64,000 bases of DNA, taken from contig NC_045696.1 of assembly GCF_009834535.1 (NCBI RefSeq), forward strand, positions 20,028,001 through 20,092,000, in the 5' to 3' direction. Below the pieces are notes generated by a model that was not told the origin of the DNA, made no database searches, and worked only from the letters and a program-made list of their open reading frames with translations. The translations under genes were made by a program, and so were the position numbers. The stretch's first letter is position 1, and each line of letters begins with the position of its first letter. Shown one piece after another: positions 1 through 14,009 of the stretch. The stretch comes from Camelus ferus (taxonomy: Eukaryota).

Positions 1-85
1 TAACTGAAAGTGTGTGCTCTTTGACCATCAGCTTTGTTTCCTGCCACCAACCCCGGCCCCCAGCCCCTGGCAGCCACCATTCTAA
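1..85 (-). mobile_element. L1 3'-UTR fragment, truncated by window edge
   Basis: taactgaaagtgtgtgctctttgacca...ccccagcccctggcagccaccattcta matches the antisense of old mammalian L1 3' ends (recalled consensus). Confidence 0.5.
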
Positions 86-2075
86 ATTCTGTTTGACCAG
101 TGACAGTAGATAAGTACTCCTGGCTTTAAGTTGCCTCTGACTTTTACATGCTTCTTTCTTCTACACCTCAGCTCCCTCATTTATCTAATTTAAACTCATG
201 AACTGTATCTCTTTTAGTTAGTATTTGTGAGTTGGGAGGAGACAGATGCTTAAGTTTCCTTAATTATAAATCAAGAAAGCTGTGTACAGAGAGATGAACT
301 ATGTGATGTCTTTGAATTTTTAAAGTTCTATTTATCTGTTTCTTCTTTCCTTTAATTTGCTGCTAATAAGTTGTGACATATATTTATTGATACTGATATT
401 TCAAAGGAAGCCACTTATCTCTAGCTTTAAGAGAATAACATGAATCAAAGGAAATCATTTGAACTAGAAAGATTAGTTGTACTAATCCAAACTTGTCATT
501 AATAAAGGTAATTAAGAAAATTTCTAGCTAAAAAAATATATAAGCCCACATTTTATTAGCATGATTTTTTCTTTCTTGTCTGTAAGACAAAATGCACCAT
601 AGCATATTTATTTTTCTAAATATAGTGATTTTTATAAAAGGTGATAAGTACAACTTATCCTGTTCTGACTTTTCTAATGGCACACTTTAAAAGAATTATT
701 TAGGCATGGGCAATTTCATTTCCTTAATCATGTTCATGTATCAATGATGCATGCAATATTATCTATTTCTCACAGTTTTAAAGGAGAATATTGTTCTAGC
801 ATATGCTCCACATGGATAAAATATAATACCACTTCTCAGCTAAAATACAGACAAGTGAAACTAGATTGAGGAAGCCCTTCAATATAACATTAAAGTCTAT
901 TTGGGATTCTCTTCCAGATCTTCATTCTTCTTTGACATCCCTTGGAGTCCATTTCAAATGTGGTTATCAGGTTCCATAAAATAGGGAAATAAATTGGCCT
1001 AATTGTATAAAGTAACATTTAATTATAAAAATTCAAATAGTGTATGTGTAGTCTCTTTGGACTTTTAGTGCTAGGACTAAGAATTAGAAAGAACATGAAT
1101 CCTAATGCTTTTGAACCAGTGTTGTGTTTCGTTTTGTTTTGTTTTGTTTCATAGACCAAAGCAGGAGCAGTGATTAGTTTAGGTTCAGGGAAATTGGAGC
1201 ATCTGGCACAACATTCCTATAACACAGCTATCCTCCCTTGTCTGTGTCTCCAAAGCTTAGGCAAACTGGCATATGGATCTTTTTCATATGCTGTAACCAC
1301 ATCTTCCCTTCCTTATTTGCTAATTAGTCTTTTATCTAAATTTCCACTTAATCCTGCTGAAAATAATATTTTACAACATATAGAATATTTTATAGGTTCC
1401 CCATGGAGCTCTCAGTCTGAAATATTTTAAGATTATAATTATTCTGATTTAAAATATTTTTGTGAAATTTTAAAAAGTTACTTACATGCATTATCACTGT
1501 TAACCTTGATTTTTGTATAATACTAATATATTCATATAATAGAAATGATTAAACTGCAGTTTAATTTCCCTTTTAAATTATACTCTGAATCATGAGGCTG
1601 TCACCCAGAGCAGGTGGAGTAGTTGACTACTTTAGTAAGGCAGTAGGTTTGGAACCCAAGTTTAGACCATAGAAGGAAAGAAGTATTTCAAATTCCTAAA
1701 GAGCCAGTCTGAAGGATTCAGAGCAGAGAATTCCAACGTGGAGGGAAGCCAGCTGGGCTAAGTGATGTTTATTCTTTAGTTAAGGATTACATGACATGGC
1801 AAAAATAACACTTTTCTCTTCTGGTGTGGATTAAGAGAAAAGAAAAAGAAAGAAAATAGGGAAGGTAAGTGACCAAAATTATTTCTGTTCTTCCGTCTTT
1901 GATCTGGTGTTAGGTAAACTGAGCCAAGGAGAGGCACAGGGACTGTGGCTGTATTGGCACAAGTGTGTCCATGGATGTTATCGCTATTTAGGGCAGTCCT
2001 ACAGAGAGGCTCCGTGTCACAGCCTGAGGCACAGAGCTGGATGAGGGGTGCAGCAGAGGGTCAGGAGTTCATGGG

Positions 2076-2283
2076 CAGGGACAATAAAGTAGCGTCTGGA
2101 GCCCTGCTGCCTGTTTTTATAAGAAAAAAGGGTTTATCATGACACACACTTCTGTCATTTTATATGTTGGTGGCTTATTTAGCTTCAATGGCTGAGTTGA
2201 GTTTGTTGCAATAGAGACCAAATGCCCATAAATCTAAAAATATTTACTCTCTGGCCCTTCAAGATAAAGCTTGCCAATCCCTG
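2076..2283 (+). mobile_element. MER58A-like hAT-Charlie MITE
   Basis: Diagnostic 3' half: gagttgagtttgttgcaatagagacc...aaaaatatttactctctggccctt...ttgccaatccctg. Confidence 0.7.
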
Positions 2284-2421
2284 TTCCAGAGTTTCAACTG
2301 GCCACAAGGTGAGACCTAATATATGGGTCCTGAGAGAGCATAGAGAGAAGTTATACCAGCACGCAAGGAATACAAGCGCTGGGAGCCGTGTCCATGCGAA
2401 CACAGGACTGTGCCTCGCAAA

Positions 2422-2615
2422 CAGTGGAGTATGACACAGGCTCCTACCCGCTTCCTACGTCCAGTTATTCACAGTTCTGTCCAACACACTGGTAGTTTGA
2501 AAAGTGGTCATTGGAATATTTCCACCATGTAAATTGGACAAGTGCCACAAGTCAGAGCATTCATTCATTCATTTTCCAGGGAGATTGTTTTTAAACATTT
2601 ACCAGCACACCACTG
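2422..2615 (+). mobile_element. MER63-like hAT (Blackjack group) non-autonomous DNA transposon
   Basis: Termini cagtgg...aaacatttaccagcacaccactg. Flanked by an imperfect 8-bp duplication ctcgcaaa (2414-2421) / ctcagaaa (2616-2623), as expected for hAT elements. Confidence 0.6.
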
Positions 2616-2815
2616 CTCAGAAAATTGAAGAGTCAGTATTCACTGCCAGTATTTAAGGATGTACAGGCTCTCTCATACTCCTAAACCCATTTAAATGCAC
2701 TAGAAGGAATGATAGAAATCCATGTGATTAAGCATTTTTATTAAAAAATATTTAAAATAAGGATTATCTATGGTTTTAATTGTGACACTAGCCTAGCATA
2801 CACAAGTTATGCTTA

Positions 2816-3808
2816 CAACAGTTCACACAGCTTAATATCAAAAAACCTCAAACAACCCAATCAGAAAAATGGACAGAAGACCTAAATAGACATTTCCCCA
2901 GAGAAGACATACAGATGGACAACAAGCACAAGAGAAGATGCTCAGCATCACTAATTATTAGAGACATGCAAATCAAAAATACAATGAGATTTCACCTCAC
3001 ATCAGTCAGAATGACCATCATTAAAAAGTCTACAAATAATAAATGGATGAGGGTGTGAAGAAAAAGGAACCCTCCTACACTGCTGGTGGGAATGTAAATT
3101 GGTGCAGTCACTATGGGAGAGAGGACAGTGTAGAGGTTCCTTAAAAAACTAAAAATAGAGTTACCATATGATCCAGCCATCCCACTTTTGGGCATATATC
3201 CAGAGAAAACTCTAGCTCAAAAAAATACATGCACCACAGTGTTCAGAGCAGCACTATTTACAATAGCTAAGACATGGAAACAACATAAATGTCCATTGAC
3301 AGATGACTGGATTAAGAAGATATGGTTTATATATAAAATGGAACATCACTCAGCATAAAAAAGAATGAAAAAATCCCATCTGCAACAACATGGATGGATC
3401 TAGAGATTATTATAGTAAGTGAAGCAAGTCAAAGACAAATATCATATATCACTTATACATGGAATCTAAAAAAATGATAGAAGTGAATTTATTTACAAAC
3501 GAGAAGTAGACTCACAGACATAGAATCCAAACTATGATTACCAGAGGGGAAAAAGATAGGGGAAGGGATAAATTAGGAGTTGGGGATTAATATGTATACA
3601 CACTACTATATATAAAATAGATAAACAACAAGGACCTACTGTGAACACAAAAGAATATATTCAATATCTTGTAATAACTTATGATGGAAAATAATCTGAC
3701 AAAGAATGTACATATATATATATGCATAATGGAATCACTTTGCTCTACACTTGAAACTAACACAACATTGTAAATCAACTATACTTACATAAAAATAAAT
3801 AAATAAAC
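2816..3808 (+). mobile_element. 5'-truncated artiodactyl-type LINE-1 (ORF2 C-terminus, 3'UTR, A-rich tail)
   Basis: Typical L1 3' sequence (aaaaatggacagaagacctaaatagacatt..., ...cacaacattgtaaatcaactatac) and A-rich tail. Perfect 11-bp TSD agttatgctta at 2805-2815 and 3809-3819. Confidence 0.95.
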
Positions 3809-4164
3809 AGTTATGCTTAAAATTTATTGATTTATTTGTCATTCACTTATTCATTCATTCATTCCTGTATTTGTGTGTTTCTATTACTTGGCATGTCAGC
3901 TCCTTGTTTCCCCAGATTAGATTTTTGTGTAAGAAAACTTCCAAATACACAGTGTTTATATGTGCCTATATACAGTAACTTTTATTAAATGGGGAATATT
4001 ATATACACAGATGTTATATCATTTTAAAGCTTAAACACCATGAAGTTTTCTCTTAACATTAAATACTCTTAAAAACATCATTTTAAAAAGCAGGCTGATA
4101 AATTTTCTTTAGCTTTCTCTTTTTATATTAGTAAATGTGATTTTTCTTTTTTATTTAAGATATT

Positions 4165-4271
4165 CCTGCAGGAAGAGATTAGAGATCTTCACCACCATCT
4201 AGAAACTGAGAGGGTGTCTCTTGGGGTCTAGTCTCGGTAAGGTCCCTGAATAAAATACAGCTTGCAACTTT

Positions 4272-4280
<9 letters not shown>
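4165..4280 (+). mobile_element. Possible ERV LTR 3' fragment abutting the pseudogene
   Basis: ctgaataaaatacagcttgcaacttttaggttgt resembles the R/U5 end of artiodactyl ERV LTRs (recalled). Short, with no clear termini. Confidence 0.35.
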
Positions 4281-6100
<1,820 letters not shown>

Positions 6101-6102
6101 TG

Positions 6103-6150
6103 CTATCTATCTATGTCTACCTACCTACCTACCTATTTATCTATCATCTA
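6103..6150 (+). repeat. (CTAT)n/(CCTA)n tetranucleotide microsatellite
   Basis: ctatctatctatgtctacctacctacctacctatttatctatc. Confidence 0.75.
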
Positions 6151-6784
6151 TACATCCTCTAAGAGAAGGTTAAGGTAACACAGAGACTAGCTAGACAAAA
6201 AGGCTCAGTCTTTGATCCCTTACCTTAAGTGACAGAGTGACAATACAATTTCTGAATAGAAAACAACACAGAAATCACAGAAATAGAAACTTGCAATGGA
6301 ATATGTTGACTGCTGAAGGGAGATGAGGAAGGCTGTAAGGAAGACACTGAGCAAACAATTCTACAATTTGAAAAATTCTACAATTTGAGCACTCCATCCC
6401 ACCTGCACCCTACCTCATTTCTTGCAGAGATCCATGCTTCTCTAGATACTGCCAAGAATTTGCCAAACTATAGTTGAAAAAAAAAAAAACTACAGATCAG
6501 ACATTTTCAGAAGCATGAGTTTTGTCATTTACTTAAGAACTCTAAAGTGAAGAACATGAGTATGTTTAATCACCAGCCAGAAACAAAGAATAATCACTGC
6601 CAGTTTTGTGATCTGTAAACATTCTAAGCAAAATTCTCCTAAACAGTACACTTAACTTCATTTGAAAGTTTAAACTATTTTTAAAAATTGCTTATGCTAA
6701 TATCTTTTACATACATCTTTTAATTCCTCTATTATTTAAGTAAGCTTATTTAAAGTCGAGAAGCAAAGTAACATGATATTTCTA

Positions 6785-7000
6785 TGTATAAGCTGTTGAG
6801 ACAGACACCATAGTTTTGAAATCTGGCCCCATCACTTACCAGCTCTGTTCCCGAGTTTATCTCACCACACAGTGCTGTGGTTTTCTCATCTGTAAAAGAG
6901 AATAATGGTGATTCCTTCTCCATAGTCTTGTTGTAAGGATGACATAGGTTACTATGTATAAAGAATGTAGAATAGTATATTTACCATAACATTACTCAGT
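6785..7000 (+). mobile_element. MIR SINE
   Basis: cacttaccagctctgt...ttttctcatctgtaaaagagaataatgg...gttgtaaggatga core. Confidence 0.65.
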
Positions 7001-7769
7001 ACCTATGGGCTATAACTAAGTCAAAAACAGATTTTTAACATTTTGATACATGCTACCAAATCATCTTCTAGAAATGAGGCATATTTTCATTTTTGCTTTA
7101 TCCAACAAAATATGAAAGACTAATTTTCCAACATTGTTAACATCTCTTATATACTCGTTTTTATTCTTTGACAATATGGTAGGAAATATCGTGCTCAAAT
7201 TTGCAATTCTTGATTATTCGTAGCTTTCTTTTCAGATTTTTCCTTTGTTTATTTTCTGTCTTCTTTACCCATTGAGGGGGCATTTGTGTGTGCTTCTAAA
7301 ATGCTGTAAAAACTTTTTAATTAGTAATAATATATAAGCACTCATAAAATAAATGGCAAATATTTTGAAAGCATTTCTTCTACATTTTTTCTGATGCTTT
7401 ATTTTGGTCATGTAGCTTATACTACCTATTTTTCCTTTGTAACCTCTCTTTTCCTTTGTGATATCACTTTTACGCTTTGATTTAATCTGATCTCAAAATG
7501 AAAATATACATTCTCTAATATCTAATTTGTTTCATTTTTTACAACTAATTATGTTAATCGCTCAGGAATTTATGCCGTAATATGACGTGAGACTGGGGTA
7601 TAACTTGATTGTTTCCTAATGAGTTAACCTGTTACCACAAGCCCTCTGACCTTTTATGTGATCATTATCAATTGTTTCTATTTTATCTTGACTGTCCCAT
7701 TATCTGTCCATTCAATCTGTTGACAACTGTAGAGGAAGTTTTGTTTCTTTCCATTTACTTTCATAGTCC

Positions 7770-8150
7770 CTCCCTTGCAGCAAGAGTATGAGCATGCATC
7801 CCAATCTTGTCCACTTTCTGATCTGAAGTGAAGCCTTCTGGAGGGTTTCTGGAAAGGTATGTCCTTCCTGACTGAAAAAAAAAAAAAAAAGAGGGGGTGA
7901 TGAGATGGGAAGACGGAAGGCCACCTTCTTATGTCTGGGGTTGGGCCAGGTCACATGATTATGTGATGCTGGATATATAGGACAGCCATCTTGTAAACGG
8001 AAGAACGGTATTACACTGACGTAGCATCCTAGCATTCTGTTGAGAAGCTGAAATGTATAACCCTTCAGCCACCTGCTCCAGGCATCTTTTAATATTGGAT
8101 AATTAAAGTCAGTAATAATATATCCTGCTCTAAGACATTCTAGCTGATAT
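7770..8150 (+). mobile_element. Old MaLR LTR (MLT1J/K-like)
   Basis: gaagtgaagccttctggagggtttctggaaagg...gacagccatcttgtaa motifs; heavily diverged. Confidence 0.45.
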
Positions 8151-8936
8151 ATTGTCTCCAGTGATATAACTGAACTTGAAATGTCTTTATTAAATCAGCA
8201 GTTGATTTGATTTTTCTTTCCTGGATCCCCATCAAGTAAAAACCAAAGTCCTAAGGTCAATATACAAATCTCTTTAGAATCTCTCCCCTATTTTTCTTTC
8301 AGCCTCATCTCTGGCTAATTATGGAGCTGCATATGCAGATTCCCTTCCTCTCCCCAAGATTATAGCCTCATGTACCGGTCAATCAGTCCTAGCTAGAACA
8401 TCCTTCCTACTAATGCCTTGTTATCGAAAATATTTCTTGTCTTCAAGAACAGTCATGAATTCCAACAGAATTATGAACATGCTTTCTCTCATCATAACTG
8501 AAGTATGATGCCTCTTCACTCTGAACATCCACAACAGTTGGCTTATATCATTTAAATGGCAATTTTCCACATGGGAACTGCAACCATTTACAGCCACACA
8601 GCTTGTGGTCTACACTAACATGAATTTAATATTCTACTGTCTGCAATTAACATGAATGTAATACTCCAGAAACTTTTTACCCAGGGAGATGACGATATAA
8701 TAAAATTATTCATTGTTTTAGGAACTTAATATCCCATTATCTGAGCAACAGACTAGCCTACTTGCCCTCATGATGGTAGATGGCTCCTTCTGAGAATAAT
8801 AATGCTCAATGCAGCTGAACAAACAAATCTGTAATCTTCAAGTCTCACTTAAATCCTTATTTCACTGTGCCCACCAGTCCTAAACTATTACAGCACAAAC
8901 TTTGCCCAGTCCCAAACAGGCCCCCTGCATTGGGAG

Positions 8937-10405
8937 TGTTGCGCAAATATAATTAAAATCAAAATCTCCCAACCCAGAAATTCTTTGCACAAAGGTAATA
9001 GAGAAAGAGAACACTTTTATTATTGAATGAACATTAATTAAACCAGAATATGATGTGAATTATAAGCAATCTGCTAAGAGATATCAAAGAAAAAAATTAA
9101 TCTCACTCTTCTATACAGACATGAAGATACGACTTATTACTTACATGTTGAGAGGTTGAACAAAAACAGGAGAAAGGACAGGTTTTGTTCTTTTTAGTTA
9201 TTTATAGTTAAAATTGCTATTAAACATTTATTTTTTGGTCTTCTGTAAACTGATTTATAAATCATTGAAAATGTTTTTATTTATAAATTATTTTTTAATT
9301 GAAAATATTTTAAATGGACATTTACCCATCACACAGACAACTGTTTAAAATGTGAATGAGTGTATGTTGGATTTTCTTGTTTCTGAACCTTTAAAGAGTA
9401 ATAAGAGGCTTTCATTTTTCATTCTAATTGAAGAGTCGTTTATTTACTTCATTTGGTAATAGCTAGTTGCAATTTGAAAATGTGAAAAAAGGTAAGTCAT
9501 TTGATAACTAGTCTGCAAGTCAGAGGACTTAATAGCACCATTTGTCACATATAGTTCATCTTAACTTTACCTTACTGTTGGCTGTCCATCTGTACGAGTT
9601 AATTGGATCTATCAGAGGAAAAATAAACTTCTCATATCTCCATGACAGGAGGTAGTTCTGCACTTTGGAGTAAAGTGCCAGCAGAAAGAGGCTCCCACCC
9701 TCCTGGAGTCCGGGAGTTAAAAGTGTAATCTCTCTTGACGATTACATTTCAAAGAAATAGTCCCCAGGTCCTTGAGAAAGACATTCCCAGGGCATAAACT
9801 AACAAAATGCCAATCTAGTTTTCAAAAAGATTTATATACATTTCAAAGAGTGGAGAATGTACTTAAAATAACAAATTTTCTAAAGTAAATGCTCAAAGAA
9901 AAAGGGAGAGAAATCTCTTTCCTTATTTTCAACAGGGAGAATTAAGCTTCTTATTTCTAACCTATGAAGGTCCTTATGAGACAAGAAGGGGGCAGGGCAC
10001 AGCCATTCAAGGAATGCTACAGCAATTAACATCAAATTGGTGGAAGATTCAACCCCCAGTAGCCCTTGAGGCACAAGATGGTGGGAGATTTGACTTCTAG
10101 CAGATCTTGAGCTTCATTATATGCTCATTTTAATACATTAGCATGGCCCACACTCTGTCTATAGAGTGTGTACCTACTTTTACTCTAATCTGAGCACCCA
10201 ACCCCCTGACCTCGTGGCCTTTCTCTTGCCTTTCGATGTATCTCTCTAAATAAATCTACCTTTACTCAATTGTGGCTCGCTCTTGAATTCTTACCTGTGC
10301 GAAGCCAAGGACCCACATTTGGTGGGGCATTTCCCAGGGGCTCATCTGAGGCCTGGGACATGGCCCTCCTCATGCCCCACATCCGTTTTTCCTACATCAC
10401 TTACA
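8937..10405 (-). mobile_element. ERV1-class solo LTR (MER34/MER39-group-like), interrupted by a younger LTR
   Basis: TG...CA termini (tgttgcgc at 8937; cttaca at 10400-10405). Antisense poly(A) signal tttatt near 9015. Recalled motif ccttattttcaacagggagaattaagc. Confidence 0.7.
9977..10399 (+). mobile_element. Younger ERV solo LTR (artiodactyl ERV1-type)
   Basis: TGA...TCA termini and aataaa near 10249. Exact 4-bp TSD ctta at 9973-9976 and 10400-10403. Confidence 0.85.
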
Positions 10406-11959
10406 GAACAACCATCTTAAATGAGATCTCCCAAAACTTCTGAATATGTTGTCATTGATGTTTCCTTTCTGAGACTCTACTAAGATGCCATCAAAACAGT
10501 GGCTCCCCCTGCTGAAGTAGTAAACTTGGCTTTGCTTTATCCACGGGTCATCTCGGTGGTATTTCCCGGGACCTGGCAAGTTGGCACTTACTATCTTATA
10601 CTAATTTTCAAATCTATCACACTTCCTCTACTGAACTATAAACTACTAGAATGTAAAAAGTACTTCTTACGTAAGTTTATATACTTTCTTTTTCTTTTCT
10701 CTGTAGCTAATATAAGATTCTTTAGTCACTTGAATAACCAATAAAACAACAGATTTTCTCTCATAGCCTCAACAATATCTCGTCCATGTTTTGTGATGTA
10801 AGTAGAACAAAGTGAACTGATTCTCCCCTGCAGACAATTTATATACTCTGAACACAATTTAATCACAAATGTAAATATAATAATATCTCTCCTTTAATGT
10901 AAACTGAGAAAAATGACTAAAGCAATCAATTACAAAATTCCTGCCATAAAAAATTTAGTATTATTTTACCACATCTGTAGCAAAATATATGCAAATAGCA
11001 CTATTCTAACAGATAGAAATTACTAGATTTCCTAATGGATTTTTACAATTACTTCTTATTCATTAATGTATCCCTTCTAGTTCTGATCCTCGTGATTTTT
11101 GGCTGGTTCTCCATTTTTTAAAAGAATATGCTTTTTAAAAAGCACTTCAGAGATGCATAAATGAGATGCTTTCTGAAAATGACCTCCCAAAAGAGATCTG
11201 CTTTGAGAGAAACTTTAAGCCCTTTCATTTCTAATTAACCCCCTACCCAAGCATTGTACAGTTTCTCAATCATCATAAAAGCCACAGATTTCTTTTCTTT
11301 AAACATTCCAGAGAGCAATGGCTCCTGCTGTGACTAGAGAAAGGCAAGATGCCAGTGCAGTGTTAGTTGTGACCTTTTTTCTCTACCAGAGTTATCACAG
11401 TAGCTACTTCAAGATCATAGATGAAGTATCCACACTCAAAATGGTAATAAAAAAAGTTGTTTTAACTAGGGAGAAAAACACTGATATTGTAATTTCTTAT
11501 TTGATACTTTCATTTAACTTGCAAGAAGCCTGCTGAGCATGCTGAAAAACATATTAGGGAGTTTATTTGACCTATACATTGCAATTACCAAAAATCTGCC
11601 TAGAGAAACAATTAAAGTGGGCAAATAAGGAGCTTGCATTCAGTGAAAATATCATTCTCAAATGAAGCTAGACATTTATATAATTCTAAAAATACTTGGA
11701 AGAGTTAATCACATGTTTTTTTTCCATGTGCTAGACCTTTTCTTGAGTCATGTTTGTTTCTGTAATCCTAGAATTTAGCGTTCTTTTCATTTCAACTATA
11801 GACACCTTTCCTCCAACTTAGGTACCTACTAACAGAAGAATTAATCATGCATGCCATTCTTTCCAGATTTAAATAAATAAAAAGAAATTGGCAAACATAA
11901 TATGCTATCCCATATTATAGTCTGAAAGAGAAAGACACAAATTAAGAGTAGAATATAAA

Positions 11960-12300
11960 TGTTAGAGAGGAACAAATAATCTTATGTAACAGGAGAGTCT
12001 AACCTTGTCTGAGACTTCAACAAAACCTTCATAGAAAAAATGACTTAAGGCTTGAGAGATGGAGAGTCGGGCTTTGGCCGGGCAAGGAGGGTGGAGGAAC
12101 AGTGTTCTAGCACTGGGAGGCTCTGTGATGTGTGACAATTCCGAGGAACCAAAAGAAGATCAAAGGGACTGGACATAGATGTGTGGTGTGGGTTTCGCCT
12201 GGAGAGTGATCCAAGGACGAATTTAAAGGAACTTTGAGGTTATAAGGAGGGTATAATATATCCTACAACCAAGGAAAAATTGTTAAGTGTCTAAAAATAA
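11960..12300 (-). mobile_element. L2 LINE fragment
   Basis: Purine-rich diverged L2 3' region (aaaccttcatagaaaaaatgacttaaggcttgagagatgg...aacagtgttctagc). Confidence 0.4.
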
Positions 12301-14009
12301 CATTTGAAAAGTACAAAAGTATCTGATGTGTTTTAATAAGGTCATAATTTAAAAATTTACAAACATCCAGACACTCAGTAGAAATAATAATACTTGGAAT
12401 TCCATATACTTTCTCCCAAGCAAAAGGGAGGAAGAGTAAGCAAGTATGAGGGAGATGCAGAGAAGAATTCTATTAGTCATAAGGCTAATTTTCTGGAGAC
12501 ATCTGTTTTGAGCCAGGAGCACGCATTGGTAGGGGATCTCCTGAAAATTTTAATGCCCTCTGTCTGTTGTGTTACTATAGAATAATCCTTAAATTGTAAT
12601 ACTAAGTCAATTAAACCAATTAGGTTATATTTCCAACTTTCAATGTCTAGATAAATGCTCTACAAATTACTTTAATGCTTAACTATGTAAATATGTGATT
12701 TAATGTTCAAGGAGTGAGGTTGGTTTTCAAATGTGGCTTCCTAAGTTGATCTCAAATTTACAGTGTACAGAGAAAGAAAATACAAATGGCTTATTTTTCT
12801 GTAAAGTAACATCTTAATCAAAGGAACTGATTCCACCCAGCTGGGACTAAAAATAAAATAACTAAATTGAATTAATGATTCACTGGATTACTGAAGTGAG
12901 CCACATTGTTAAGCACTTTAATATCTGCTAATGTTAAAATTCATCTTTATGGCAATAGATAAATTCCATCTTTCAGAGGATGAGTTCAATCACCTAATGA
13001 TATAGGGAGTTCATAGGTTAAATAAAAACAAACATAAATTTCACCATTGCAGACAGCCTACTATCCATAAAAGACTTAAAAAAACAACTATGCTCAAAAA
13101 TCATCACTTTTTCAGAATAGGAATAAGAAAAATTGCTACAAGACTCTCCTGTCATTTTGAAATAAACTCATATTCCCATGGCGTTGGCTCTGATGACATT
13201 AAGATTGAAAGAAATGTCACTGAAGTCTCAACCTCCTGCACCACAGGGCAATAGGTCACATAGTTCAAAGATAACCTTTCCCAATAGCTGACAATGCTAT
13301 TCTCTTACTGAATAAGATACATTTACTAGTATATATTATACAAATATATATATATATATATATGTATTTAGCAGTAAAAATTCAGTTAAACAATAGAGAT
13401 AACTGAAGTGATGCTTTTTTCCTATCTTATCACTTTTTTCTCCATTCAGATTAATATTGCAGCCAATTCCTAAGGATGTGAATTCAGAGTCAATGAAGAT
13501 TTAAAAGATTTTACATTAACAAATTAAGATTTAACTACATTTCAACAAATCATAATACGAAAGCAAGAACCCTGGAAATAGACTTGTTTTCCTAGATCCT
13601 ATATCTTGTGACAATTAGGAGCTTTCTGAGAGGGAAGTTAATCACAGCATATGCATAAGTCATAAGACTACAGAAGCTAGAAACAGGTGACTGTACATAG
13701 GCTGTTTGTGTTAATCCACTATACATTCATGAAGCCCTGAGAGGGTGAGTCTTGCCACCTTGCTCAGAGTTTTAGTCCTTTGCTTACTATTCTTCATCAT
13801 GCAGCTTGTTCTTTAATCAGAATTATCTCTTTATTGTTTCTCTAACAAGCCAACTTTATTCTGCTACCTTGCCTTTACAATTGCTCTTATCTTTGCTTCA
13901 AATATATTTTGCTTCATCCTCTTGTTATCCAGATTCCAAATCTCCACAATATGGCATACATTCCACTTGTTCATATAGAGTTCTTCCTGATTATTATTTC
14001 TTAACTTGC

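Larger units (their letters stand above)
8572..10578 (+). mobile_element. Old ERV1-class solo LTR split by nested insertions (8572-8936 and 10406-10578)
   Basis: Starts tgggaactg and ends gtaaacttggctttgctttatc...ggacctggca. The two parts read as U3 and R/U5 halves around the inner LTRs. Confidence 0.5.
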
